The position numbers were made by a program, and so were the translations under genes. A stretch of 63,934 nt of DNA, counting the filler, from Lenisia limosa (taxonomy: Eukaryota > Protista > Breviatea): the NCBI GenBank assembly GCA_001655205.1. It is 11 parts of 11 records of this genome, joined end to end, with 100 filler letters (N's around TTAATTAATTAA, not from the genome) between each part and the next. Parts side by side here need not be neighbours in the genome. Positions count along the whole stretch, not along the records: positions 4,884 to 27,987 come from LPNZ01004474.1; 10 more parts are not named here. One strand, written 5' to 3'. Below, piece by piece: positions 12,530 through 24,944 of this stretch (its first letter is position 1; each line of letters starts with the position of its first letter). The notes under the pieces are model-generated. The model saw only the letters and a program-made list of their open reading frames with translations. It had not been told where the DNA came from and did not search any database.

Positions 12530-14636
12530 ATGACGGAGTGGCAACCTTCAGTACGGAAACTGCCCCCCGATGATCACCTGTTTGATGAAGGTATGATGGC
12601 CTTTCGCAAATTCCTTTCTATTTCTCGTTATGAAATGGTGTTAAACATAAATCATTTTTTTTTTGATGTTGTTGTTGTGTTTATACTATATTATATAGTA
12701 TTTATGTATATTACTGAATTCTAGAAAGAGCAGAAGCAAATGCCTGTGTGCAAAAGATCACCTCATTTACAATTCCTGTCTCAAAAAGTATAAAGGTTCA
12801 GGTAATCTGTTCCGAGAGAGTCTCGCTGTTGGTCAAGACTTTAAGGTGTCCAATATCAGCCAAAGTGAAGTGGAGCAATTTGCTGATGAGTATGCACTGA
12901 GGTTTTTTTCAATTGAGTATATGACCTTATAAGTCGAAATGAGATCTTTGGGACTTATCGATCAATTATCACAAGAGTGGATATGAGGTGTCTTATCATT
13001 GAGATATATGATATGTACTTGAATCAGATTGTTGAATATTAATAGTGCAGTTCCCAAAGGTTAAGGTGCCACGCTTGTCGAGCTCTTTTACCAACCAATC
13101 GTCTCTTAGATATTCACATCCAAGGTTAGTATGGAGGCACCTAATTATTATTTTTACAATTGTTGTTTTTGCTATTTCTCCGTTTCTCAACTTTTGGCAT
13201 ATGATATAGTGACTGCTTCTTGATAGAGTAACTGTCTTGTGTAAATATCAGTCAAAAGTCCCCACACATCCAAATCGGTTACCTTGCAAACCATCTTTGC
13301 CAAAAACCATCCTGCCCAATTGGAAATAATAACTCTTCACATGAAAAACTTCTGGTTTACAATTCTCCCTCGTTGTAGCTTACTCACAAAACAACTACTG
13401 ATTATTTTCTTGTAGGAGAAACAGGAGGTTGTTGAAAGCAATAACCTACCGCAGAAATTTTTCCGGGGGGGGGGGGGNNNNNNNNNNNNNNNNNNNNNNN
13501 NNNNNNNNNNNNNNNNNNNNNNNNNNNNNNNNNNNNNNNNNNNNNNNNNNNNNNNNNNATTTAAAATGTAGTGAGCCGAGAGATTAAACTTAGAATAATG
13601 GTTTGAAGCGGGAGTCCAATTAAATTGCGAAAACTTTGTTTTTTGGAATTTCGCCTGCTTTTCTGTGGAATATTGCAAGAAATATGCACTTTTCTGAGTC
13701 AACTCCAAGAGAATTGGAAAACATTAATATTTTGTAGTTTTCTAGGTAATATTGGTCAAATCGTATAGTTTTCAAGTCTAAAATTACCCATAGAAAGTGC
13801 TCAATTCCATTAATTTAGATGATGATTTAACAAAGTGGTGTAATACAGAGACATTACTGTGCCCTATAAAGGAATTCAGCTAATAATCTCACGAAAACGA
13901 TTAAACTCAAAATTAAATCATTTGTCCACCCCAGGCCCCAAGTCGTATAAACTAGGTTTACATTTCCCGCTTTAACATTGAGAGAAAATGCAAAAAAAGG
14001 TCAAAAATTTCACTTCGAGCTGGGTTTCGAATGTTTCATTTGTTGTCCATTTTTACTCGCCATTTTCTGACTTTCTCTAAGAAATTGTCTCCTTTGTTAA
14101 GTTCCTTGATACTATGACTGAGTATCCTTAGACGTCATTATACAGCTTTCTCAAAAACCTAAGAATCAGCAGTAGTAAGGAGGAGAACGTAAACAAACCA
14201 GTATTAGAGTCTAACTGCAAGTGCTTGAGAGCATAATCTCCGATTGTTGTTGCAAATTATTGATACGGATGACATACTGGCCTGTGCTGTCCTGATATCC
14301 ACACAATCCCCATTGAAACCCTGCTTTTGAACCTTATTTCGTATAATTATAAGCTTGTACAGTTTGCTCCTTACTCTGTAGAAGCACATGACAGCTTTTT
14401 TGAAGTGTTGTCTCTTCGCTCCCCTTTGGTATGAAATAAAGCATTGATTCAAAAGGGGTGCTAAATGTGATGAATTTTATCCTTTTAGTATCAATGCTTG
14501 GTTGAAGATTGTGGACAGCTTTTTCAAACTGGTGTCGAAAGGGACCAACATTTAGTGGTTGCACACTTTTATCCACAGGTTTGAAATATCATATGACATA
14601 TAAATATATTCTTACTTTATACTTTAGACCTTCTGA
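12530..14636 (+). CDS. ZNF511-like C2H2 zinc-finger protein (internal exons and end unresolved)
   Basis: N-terminal MTEWQPSVRKLPPDDHLFDEG, and AHDSFFEVLSLRSPL/YQCLVEDCGQLFQTGVERDQHLVVAHFYPQ at ~14390-14577. Both resemble ZNF511-family motifs as I recall them. Confidence 0.6.
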
Positions 14637-15550
14637 TACAACTTTGAATTACCAAAATGAGAAATGATATAACCACACCAGAACTACTCCTTCACCAAGA
14701 AGCCAAGATGAAACAGCTCAATTCAACCTACAGGTATAAGGTTTGCTCACTTTTTGCAGATTTTGGGATACGGTGACTTTTTATAATTCAGTCTTTGANN
14801 NNNNNNNNNNNNNNNNNNNNNNNNNNNNNNNNNNNNNNNNNNNNNNNNNNNNNNNNNNNNNNNNNNNNNNNNNNNNNNNNNNNNNNNNNNNNNNNNNNNN
14901 NNNNNNNNNNNNNNNNNNNNNNNNNNNNNNNNNNNNNNNNNNNNNNNNNNNNNNNNNNNNNNNNNNNNNNNNNNNCAAAAACCGGTTTGAAGTCATTTTT
15001 GAGCTGTTAGCGACTTTATATTTGTGTTCATCCCAAGAAAAACAACTTCGTCGTGGAAGAGGACGCATAGAGCAATCTAAATAGTCCGTTTCAGGATACA
15101 ACTCTTGTGTGTAGTCTTTCTTGTATAAATCACCAAGTTGGTTTAAACATGTATACATCTTGCAACTTGTGTATTTGTTACAGAACTNNNNNNNNNNNNN
15201 NNNNNNNNNNNNNNNNNNNNNNNNNNNNNNNNNNNNNNNNNNNNNNNNNNNNNNNNNNNNNNNNNNNNNNNNNNNNNNNNNNNNNNNNNNNNNNNNNNNN
15301 NNNNNNNNNNNNNNNNNNNNNNNNNNNNNNNNNNNNNNNNNNNNNNNNNNNNNNNNNNNNNNNNNNNNNNNNNNNNNNNNNNNNNCAAAATCAGAAAAAA
15401 AAAGTACATCAGAAAGAGAAACCCGAAAAAAACAACCAAACAACCAAAAAAAAATTAAAAAAACAACACGATAGCTTAGATGTCAAGAGAAACATCCTAA
15501 AACGATGAGTGAAAGTACATTTAAACAATTTAGATAATGATGGTCCCATC

Positions 15551-16781
15551 TCAAACCTTCAATACGACGGGGGAATGGGGTGGTGACGATGATCGACTTG
15601 GTCGCCGTGTGCACAAGGACGTAATGGGGGTCCATGTCGGCCTGGGGATAAACAAAGCAAAAGGAAGGTGCAACAATCAGAGAAGAATATCAATAGTCCA
15701 TAAAACATACCACGGTGTGTAGTCGGGAGACTTCTTCGAAATGGCTTTCAGAAGAATAATATGGTATGCAATGTAGCAGTATGCAATTCCTGGGATGTGA
15801 AAACGAACTCAATTAACACAAGCAAAAGAAGCTCAAGGACAAACCAATGAGGCCATCAAGGATGAAGTGATTCCCTGTTGCAACAATGCAGAGGAACATC
15901 ATCACGGGGTACAATAAGAAGAGCCTTGTCCCTATACAGTGACAGGTGTTCGTGTACTGGTGGATGCAAATTGAACTCACAAACATTTGGATTGGCCTAA
16001 CTTCCAAAGAGCAACACCCATAAGAATAACATAGCCTAAATGCATACTTGGCATTGCAGCATATGGATTCTGGAAAAATTAATTTCAACTAAAATTATTT
16101 TCACAAACACAACACCAAACCCACTCCTTTGATAGCAGCCTGGTCATTTTCATAGATATCCACACTGCTGAATTTTCGAAGGGTGTCAACGAAACCGTAC
16201 TCCGATAACATCCGAGGTCTGGAAAGGTAAAGTTTCAATGATTGAATTCAGCGTTTCAGTTAGCTGCTCACGGGGCGCATGGAAACGCTGCATAGGTAAT
16301 TGCAGCAAAGACGTTCATCAGGTAGAATGTGTCTCGAATGAAGAAGAAGTGGCTTTTCTTCTTGAAATACAACCAAACAAAGAATATCAGAGTTGGAGGA
16401 AAGTGGAAGGTGAGATAAAACCTAGACAATTAGTCCAAATCTTCCAAAAAAAGAGGCTGTTTTAAAAAAACCCTACACACCAATTAAGGAATTTTATGAC
16501 AGCGTCATAAGGAAGCAAAGCTTTCTGAATGGAAGGCTCAAGGAACATGAGGGTGGCTTTTTCGAAAAAGACAACCTACACATGTGACTTTGGAAATCCA
16601 AAAAAGGAAACAAACCGAATGAGCGTGCCTGAATGCTACTTCTTTCTGAGCGATGGCAATCATACGAATAAACTTGTATACAAAATGTACCAAGAAAAAA
16701 ACGGCAACCTGACGACGGTTAGTCAAATTTCCAATTCAACTCAAACGGAGGAAAAATCTTCACAGCAGGAACGCTCACCAT
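15551..16781 (-). CDS. PAP2_3 / inositol-phosphorylceramide synthase (AUR1-like) family membrane enzyme
   Basis: Spliced motifs FYLTFHFSSTLIFFVWLY, FPCAPPRMLSEYGFVDTL, NPYAAMPSMHLGY and IVATGNHFILDGLIG. Confidence 0.8.
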
Positions 16782-17420
16782 ACCTGAACTAAAAATGGCT
16801 TCAACTTCAAAAGAAAAACCACAAACGCTGTCACAAACTTCCTATTTTTTAGATTAATCAAGGAAGAGGACATATTTAGCAACTAGTAATATCAACTCAC
16901 TGTGTTATTGATGAAAGATCATCGTTTTCAGATTCAAGTTCGAGTCGGGTGTACGTCTCCCGTGTACGGCTCCAAGCGTGTTTTATCATCATATTTTAAT
17001 GTATGTAAATACAATGGCACGCAGAAGAGACTTGGAAAGACCCTGTATCATGAGTTTAGCTTTGTACAAAAATGGATATCCAAACACCGAAAAGTTATGG
17101 GTCATCTTTAACTATATTGCACCACTTAAATATCTTATAAGATCATCAAATACCTTTAACCAGACGCATTTCCATCAAGAGATAAAAACGAGACTCTCCG
17201 ATCAAGCTCACCTTGTCTGTGTGACTTTTGCTTGCCCAATTAATCAATTAATCTATTACTTATAATAAATAAAGCTGAAATAAAGTATTAAAACAGACTT
17301 TGCATGACACGGAAACCAAACAAAAAGAAATGTAATATCGTACAATGAACTGAACTGAACTGAACGGTCTTATAAAAGTCACATATTTTCCACATTTGAT
17401 CCTCTCTCTCTCCAATCAAA

Positions 17421-17832
17421 ATGGTGTCCGCTAAGAAGGCTAAGAAGTCCATCGAGTCTATCAACTCTCGTCTCTCTCTTGTCATGAAATCCGGCAAGGC
17501 TGTCCTCGGCTACAAGGAGACTCTTAAGAGCATCCGCCAAGTTTGTTAACATCATTTTTGGATTGTTTCTAACTGCTGTAGGGAAAGGCCAAGCTCATCA
17601 TCATCGCCAAGAACTCTCCCGTTCTCCGCAAGTCTGAGATCGAGTACTACTCCATGCTCGACGTCACTGGAATCCACCACTATTCCGGAAGTAAGGATTT
17701 TAGTGATGGTAGTCCTTTCTGACCTTCCTAGACAACAACGAACTTGGTGCTGCCTGCGGTAAGTACTTCGGTATCTCCGTTATGGCCATCATCAACCCTG
17801 GAGACTCTGATATCCTCGGAGAGTCCAAGTAA
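17421..17832 (+). CDS. RPL30: 60S ribosomal protein eL30 (3 exons)
   Basis: Exons 17421-17540, 17582-17690 and 17732-17832 give [35 protein letters not shown]...[18 protein letters not shown]...DSDIL. Confidence 0.97.
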
Positions 17833-18383
17833 ATTGGTTCCATCCTACACCGAGATTGAAGAGCGTTTTCGCCAGAGAAGCACTTGCTCGTGTGGAGGCA
17901 TCTCTTTTATTTGTTTTCTTGATAAATAAATGAGATTACTTGAATAAGTTGTGATTTCTACAAGTTTTGAAGGGTCTTATTATTTTTGTGGACAGGATAA
18001 GAACTCTCTTTGAACTTTTTTGGTCATATTTGTTCGTTGTTCTTTCCTTGTTAGTTGATGTTGAGCTGGAGGAGGTGGAGTAAGTAAATTGAAAAGTATA
18101 TACTGTCTGTGAAAACACAACAATGATCCCATGTGATCCTGGTTTCCCCAAACCCAGTAACCCCTTCCCCCTTCCATCTTGCCTCCATCCATCTCTTTAA
18201 AGTAAAAAAGCAAGTCAAAGTAAGAAAGTAATAAATACCTTCTCTGCCTTTCCCTTCAAACATTAACCCTTGAACAATTCGCCAAAGGTCAGTTTTCAAA
18301 CCTCATTTGGGCCTTTGGGCTGATAAGTTAAACACTGGAGTAAGAACCTTAGCTCCCTTTCCGAGTGTATCTCTGAAATTGCA

Positions 18384-20177
18384 ATGGATATTGCTGGGTA
18401 GGGGGGTTGTTTGAAGGTTCTTTTGTATCTTATGAGTTTTTTTTTTTGTTGTTTTTTTTTTTGCTTTGAAATGAACAAAGACATAATATCTAGTGCAACA
18501 ACCGAGAGTCGGTTTGTGTCGGAGGCTGACATCGAAAAAGAAAAGGAACGCGTGGCTGAGGTAAGAGTCTCAGTATCATTGATTAATTGCATTTCTCCCC
18601 TTCCTCTAATTTTCCTTCGTTTTACTCCCCCATCCACATTTCGCTCAGTTTCCTTCCTTGATTTCATGAATTGAACTTTATGCAGTCCAGATCAATGCCA
18701 AGCGTCATGAATGGGGCGGTGGTGATATGCCAGAGTTGGAGAAGGTGATTGGGGATTATGCGGCTTTGAATAATTTAACGTAGCTCTATTCGAAATATAG
18801 AATATTATATCATTCATTTTATTTCTTGTAATGTACATACTCTCACCCTGTTAGAAGCAAGCTGAGGTCTCTGGAGCTTCTCTTTTTCAGCAGCTTAAAG
18901 AGAGGTAGGTTCGTGAGCGTGTAACCATTTTTCTTCCATTACCATGGCTTACTCTTTAGAGAAGCTGATGAGAGGAGAAAATGGGAGGAGCAGGAAAACA
19001 CTTTCGGTTTGTGTTCGCTTTTAAAATAATGAAAAACTTGGGTTGGTTTTTGATTGATTCCTTCAGAGTTGACGGGTCTCAATGAGGAGGAAGCTTCCTT
19101 CCTTGCCCAACAGGCTGACTTGGCGAGTCGAGTTGGGAGAGGGTTCTTGATCATCTTGCGCTTTATTTAGCTTGCAATAAACTGTAACAATATTTCACAT
19201 TCTCCTACTTCAAAAATATTCCAAATCCTTTTCTCCTCTCTTCGTGTGGATATAAACCTTGTTTTTTTTTGCCCTATATCATATGTATTATAGAATATTG
19301 TAGATATGTTACATACATATATATAATGTGTATATTTCCTGCTTCATTTGGTTGATAGTCTAGAAAGAAAGAATGCAAAAACAACTAATTCGTGATGAGC
19401 TGGCCAACTTTAAGGTTTGACTGGGTAACTGTATCGTTTTTTTCTCTTTTCGATATATTTTTTTTTTTTNNNNNNNNNNNNNNNNNNNNNNNNNNNNNNN
19501 NNNNNNNNNNNNNNNNNNNNNNNNNNNNNNNNNNNNNNNNNNNNNNNNNNNNNNNNNNNNNNNNNNNNNNNNNNNNNNNNNNNNNNNNNNNNNNNNNNNN
19601 NNNNNNNNNNNNNNNNNNNNNNNNNNNNNNNNNNNNNNNNNNNNNNNNNNNNNNNNNNNNNNNNNNNNNNNNTGTGCTGTGTCAGTCAACAGAGATTTGG
19701 GGTTTTTTTGTTTCCTAAAATTGTCCAATTTTACTCCCCCCTCCCCCCACCCCCAATTTACACCACTCCTTCAGGCACAAGTGATTGAGAGGAATACAGT
19801 TGCCGTCAAAGAGGCCCCAAACCTTTACGTTGAAAATAAAAAGTCAACAGATCTCTTCTTAGGTTAGTGTTTTCATCACGCCTGATTGCTTGCTCCCAAT
19901 ATGATTTAATGATTTAGCATCAAACGAGTCACCAGAGGTTCTAGCCAAAACAGTTAAGGTAAAGTAAATTTTGAATATTTGAAGATATTCTGAAAGTTCA
20001 CTTTGTAAAATATTTGGTTTTCAGGGTATGATTATTCACTGTTCGTTTTATCAAGCCCTTTTAAGACCCCCCCCCCCCTCGCCTACTCCATATGTTTAAT
20101 TACTCAAGGTTGATGTGGTGAAGAAGAGGAAGAAGAAGAAGACCGTCAACAAACTTATGGGACTCCTTGGCGACTGA
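18384..20177 (+). CDS. FAM192A/NIP30 (PSME3IP1, Fyv6-like) protein
   Basis: Exons give SRFVSEADIEKEKER..SLFQQLKER..WEEQENTF..GLNEEEASFL, matching the Nefa_Nip30_N pattern; basic C-terminus ends in TGA at 20175-20177. Confidence 0.75.
19673..19774 (+). mobile_element. Family A intronic element, ending at the 3' splice site (FAM192A gene)
   Basis: TGTCAGTCAACAGAGATTTGGGGTTTTTTTGTTTCCTAAAATTGTCCAATTTTACTCCCC...TTCAG then exon. Confidence 0.7.
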
Positions 20178-20603
20178 ATATAATCGTTGTAGTTGTATTA
20201 TAATAGTTTAATGGGTAAATGTAACAACAAATTTTAAAACTTCACTTTGCTGGGGGGAGGGGGTATTGTTTTTATCTACCCCTCCTCTCTTCGACTTCAC
20301 AAACAAAATACCAAATCCCTCAATTTCAAGCTTATTATTAGAAGCTTCTAAGGAATGATAGAATGCGGGCGGGAACTGATATGGAACCAATTGTTAAACT
20401 CGGTTTGTCCCAGTCCCCGGCGCGGTTCTGAACTTGTGCTCGCTCCTTTTTTTCCTTTGATTGCCTGGTTGCCCTGTCTTTTGGTGTGATATTGTGATTT
20501 TGTGTGTTGGTAAAGGTAAGTAGACAGGATTATTGTGTTACCCCCCCTCTCTCTCTCTCCGTTTCCGTTCAACATTCTTTGAGGAATTGATTGGCGCATA
20601 ACC

Positions 20604-22687
20604 ATGGCCGATGAAAAAAAGCCCCAAGGGCTGAAAAGTATGTCAGGGAGGAACATATACCATCTGTCTTCTTCCAGTTCGAGTTTAGAATTGTGTTTTG
20701 TGTTTTCTCTAACTATTAAGAAGCATGGTTTGCTGTGAAGCCCTTCCTCTTTGCTGGACTCTCGGGATCCTTTGCCACTTCAATTATTCAGCCTTCAGAT
20801 ACTGTCAAAGTATGAAAATCCAAACAGTTTCACCACTTGCCTCATATAAAATCTTGTCGGTTCTGGTTTCTCTATTGTTTTCTACTTGAATGACCATGTA
20901 GGTTCGAATTCAAGTTGCAGATAAGGCTACTCAGGTTGGTAATAAAGGCTTCACTCTGTAAACGCTTATCTCGTATTTAGAATTTGACTGCCTCCAAAAT
21001 TATCCGTGATATGGTTCGAAAAGAAGGGGTTTCCTCTTTTTACGCAGGTGGGAATGAAAGGAATCCTGCTGCCTTGATGTCACATTTCCTTTTTTTCGGG
21101 AATATCATTGAAACTGCATAAAGTTTTTTTTATATATATATTTTCGAAATTTATTCTGACAACGAAGGCCTCAGCGCTGCAATTCTGAGACAGTTTACCT
21201 ACAAATTGACGTCACTGGGTGTCTATAACTCCCTTGTACACCGCCTATCGGATGGGGTTTGCTGGGTGTTTTGATGATCCTTGTTTTATTCCTCATTTCT
21301 TTATATATACTATAGCTATCATATCATATAGTACGTAAAAAATATGCTTCACCAATATACATATATATAGAATAAATATTATATCATATGTGCATCTTCG
21401 TTTTCACTGGTATAGGGGCGTAAAGACCTTCCCGTATACCAACGCATTGGTATTGGCTTTATTGGTGGAATCTGTGGAGGAACTGTTGGTACTCCAATGG
21501 ATAGTATGGGGCGGTTTTTTCTTGTTTTCCTTTTGAATTCCAACTTTTCACGTTTACTTTGTGTCAGTTATCTTGGTCCGTATGCAAGCAGATAAGACTT
21601 TACCACCCGAATTGGTAGGTAAAATTTAGTGATACCGAGGTTGACTAATCTCACTCTTTTAGAGAAGAAACTATAAGCATGTATTTGACGCATTGGGTAA
21701 AATGGCAAAGCAAGACGGTCTCAGTGGGAGGGGTAGGGTTTAATATGGGCTGTAGTCTCACAATTGAGGTGGGGACAAGTAGTAGCACTACTAGGGGTGG
21801 TATGCAAGTTGTCAATCATATTTGTTGAGTAAAAAGAGTTTGCGAAAAAAGATGGGAGCAAATGCTATGTCATCTTCAATATCGAATCTTGTGATTGGGA
21901 AGACTTGACACTGCAGTTGGAATGCTTCGAGGATGGCAGCCCACCGTACTGAGAGCGATGTCTTTGACCACGGGTAAGCTGAATATCACTGCAATTGGCT
22001 GTTTACATTTTGGGGTTCATTGAGAAACTAACGTTCATTTTTTAGTTTTTATAACACGTTGGTTAACAAGTTCTGAGGATTTTTTTAATAATTCAACTGT
22101 CTTATTTTTTTTTTATCTTTTCATAAAATTCTTCAGGCATGATGGTCTCATATGACCTTACAAGAAACTGGTTAATGACCAAAACAGGTCTGCTGGATCC
22201 TAGTTCACTGACATGAATGCCCAAAATGAATGCTATTAACTCTCACAGACAAGCCGAAAATGGCTATGTTGGGGGCATCTGCAGTTTCTGGAATGGTGTG
22301 CACGATAGCATCTCTTCCCTTTGATTTCCTGAAAACAAGGCTACAGCAACAGGCTTCAGGACCAGGGGTGACCCTTCGCTATCGTCATGCTCTCGACTGC
22401 GCTGTGAAGGTAGGAACTGGGTTTTTTGTCGTCTTTGTTATCCCTCTCTATTAGACGATACTTGTCTACCCGATTATTTAACTCACATTTCAAGGTGATT
22501 GCACAGGAAGGGCCCATGACTTTTTACAAAGGCTTTTGGACTTATTTCGTGAGAATTGGACCCCATGCTTTCCTCACTCTCATCATCCTCGAGAATCTGA
22601 AGTCTTTGGCTGCAAAGTTTGGGGTGGCCTTGAAATTTTTCTCTTTTTTAGCTTACTTTTTTGTTTTTGTCATCCTTTCAGATTTGA
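20604..22687 (+). CDS. Mitochondrial carrier (SLC25), 2-oxoglutarate/malate or dicarboxylate type
   Basis: Three carrier signatures (QPSDTVKVRIQ, TPMDIILVRMQAD, LPFDFLKTRLQ) plus FYKGFWTYFVRIGPH. Confidence 0.9.
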
Positions 22688-23287
22688 ATAAGCCCCCCCT
22701 CCCCAATCCTCATCAAGAAAAGGGCTAAACATAAAAGTCAAGTAGGGCCACGTAATTCTGTTGTTTGAGCCCGTCTATTTACATTGTGTTGTTGCTTACC
22801 GAGTTGAATATCTCATTTGGAGGTACAGAGAAATCTTTACGATTCCCCAACAACCATTCAATTTAGTGATGAACCAATATCAAAATGACATCAACAGAAT
22901 TGTAAATTATTGTCACAAAAACTACATTGGAAAGTGGTATCTCACCAGATACACACGAAAGAAAGAAAAATGGACCATTGGGCATTGGGAGGGTTTTGAT
23001 ACCTATAAGGTGAAGAAAAAGCAAGCAAAAGCAAATCATGAATAGCTGGTTATGTCATTGTTGAAAAGTGAGGGTGACTAGTCGACATCGAATACACACC
23101 AATAGATTCAAGATAAAAAGTAAAAATGAAAGTTGAATATTTATGCAACTGAGCCCTTAAGAAAGATTGGGAACAGTTATAACTCCACATATTGTAGATC
23201 AGAGTATACGGTCGAATTGAAGGTTACATTTCAAAGAATATTCAGGAGACTGAAAATAGCATTATTATCATATCAATTTCGACAAAC

Positions 23288-24722
23288 CTATTCGGTTTCG
23301 CATCTTCTCAGGCAGCCATTGACGACCCCCAGGAGATGGTTATTCTCGAGTGCAGCAATGCATCTCTCCTGAAAGTGTCAAATGAAGCAACACGATCAAA
23401 TCAAGAGGTCAGGACACGCGGCCATATTTGATATTATTTCGAAACGTCAAGGACTTGATTTCACTGTTACGTACTCAGCGTGCATTTTCTGCAAATAAAG
23501 TCCTGCCTGTATTATTTCACAAAATTGGAAAATTTATGAAACAAAAAAAAAAAAAAAAAATCAANNNNNNNNNNNNNNNNNNNNNNNNNNNNNNNNNNNN
23601 NNNNNNNNNNNNNNNNNNNAACAAAACAAACAATGCCCAGGCCAGTCGCTTCTGTAGCACCGCATCCCATCAATGATAAAAAAGCCTCCAATCTCTGTAT
23701 ATATCATATGTAGGTATGTGTGTATCATTTTTTTAGAACTTCCGTGTGAATGTGAGCGTTTCCCCAGCAGGATGAAAAAGGGAGAGATGTGTCACAAAAA
23801 AAAAAAAAAAAAANNNNNNNNNNCGCATCCCATCATTATTGATTGATTCAATAGCCAGTTCAATAGCCAGTTCAATGGGGAGTTTACATAGAGGTGATTA
23901 GGGCATGGTAGGGGAGAATCAACTCTGCTGCTAGAAACACACAAACAACAAAACAAGAAAGCCCATCAATCGCTTTTGTTACACCGAATCACACCACTCC
24001 AGCATCAGAAGCAGGCCATTGAAATAATCAAAACAGCACAGTGAAAAATGTGACCCCACCTTCTCTCATTGGTCAAATATCAGAGAATAGAAAAAATTAC
24101 CCTCCTCTAAAAGAGAGTACCTTCATGCCAATATTCTTCATCGAAATTCCCTTCGTTTCACTCCCCCCCTCTAGTTTAACCCCGCATTATTAACCATTGA
24201 TTCAGCGTTAAAGGAAATGAACAAACCTTATCATTAAGCTGCTTGTTAATCGTCTTTTCACTATTGTGCGTTCCCTCCTTGATATACACATCAATCTAAA
24301 GAGTAACTATGACAAATCCATAGGGGTGGGTTGCAAAATTGATGCACAGCAATTTCCCCAAACCTTTGTTGCTGGTGCCAGGCAGCGCATTAACCTCACT
24401 CTTATTGACAAGCCAATAACAGTGGACATTGAACAGTGTGGGATTGTGGGGGTGAACTCGACTCGAATCAGACTGCATAGAGTCATATGAGTGACTGAAT
24501 AAAATGAGAAACCCACTTGTTCTTCACGTAGATCTGTTCTTTGCATACAACTTTAAGTTGCTCAAGGGTGAGGGGGTGCTCAGGATCTCCAATATCGCGA
24601 ATAAGATCAAAAACTTCTTCACCATCAATGGTTTCGGCGTAATCGTCATCATATGGATGAGGGTCTATCCTTTTGACCTTAGAAACAGAAACAACTTCCG
24701 GATTGGCGTTTTCAAAGTCCAT
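23288..24722 (-). CDS. CIAO2B: Cytosolic Fe-S assembly component CIA2/MIP18/FAM96B (4 exons)
   Basis: Exons 24517-24722, 24364-24472, 24227-24295 and 23288-23368 give [62 protein letters not shown]. Confidence 0.93.
23510..23672 (-). mobile_element. Family A element inside CIA2 intron 3 (second fragment at ~23790-23835)
   Basis: GATGGGATGCGGTGCTACAGAAGCGACTGGCCTGGGC...GTTTCATAAATTTTCCAATTTT. Confidence 0.75.
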
Positions 24723-24944
24723 TTTTGCTCCAAACTTGTGTTATTTTAAGGTGACTTATTTTTTGATATATATATTTATAAACACTATTCAACACAAGTA
24801 TATTGCACGATTTTTATATCCATAAAATGGTTTGAAATTTTTGTGCCAAAAAGGCAAATACGGCACCGTACGGCTGAATAATAGATCCTTCTAAGAATAT
24901 TCGAAAAAAATCAATCTTTTTTCTTGTATTTGAGTTTTGTCAGT

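Noticed and set aside
22761-23045. 94-aa ORF between the carrier and CIA2 genes
   Set aside because: Non-ATG start, no recognisable motif and no supporting exons
10586-24722. Non-standard genetic code
   Set aside because: Conserved genes end in TAA (Ran, RPL30), TGA (FAM192A) and TAG (CIA2), with no in-frame stops once spliced
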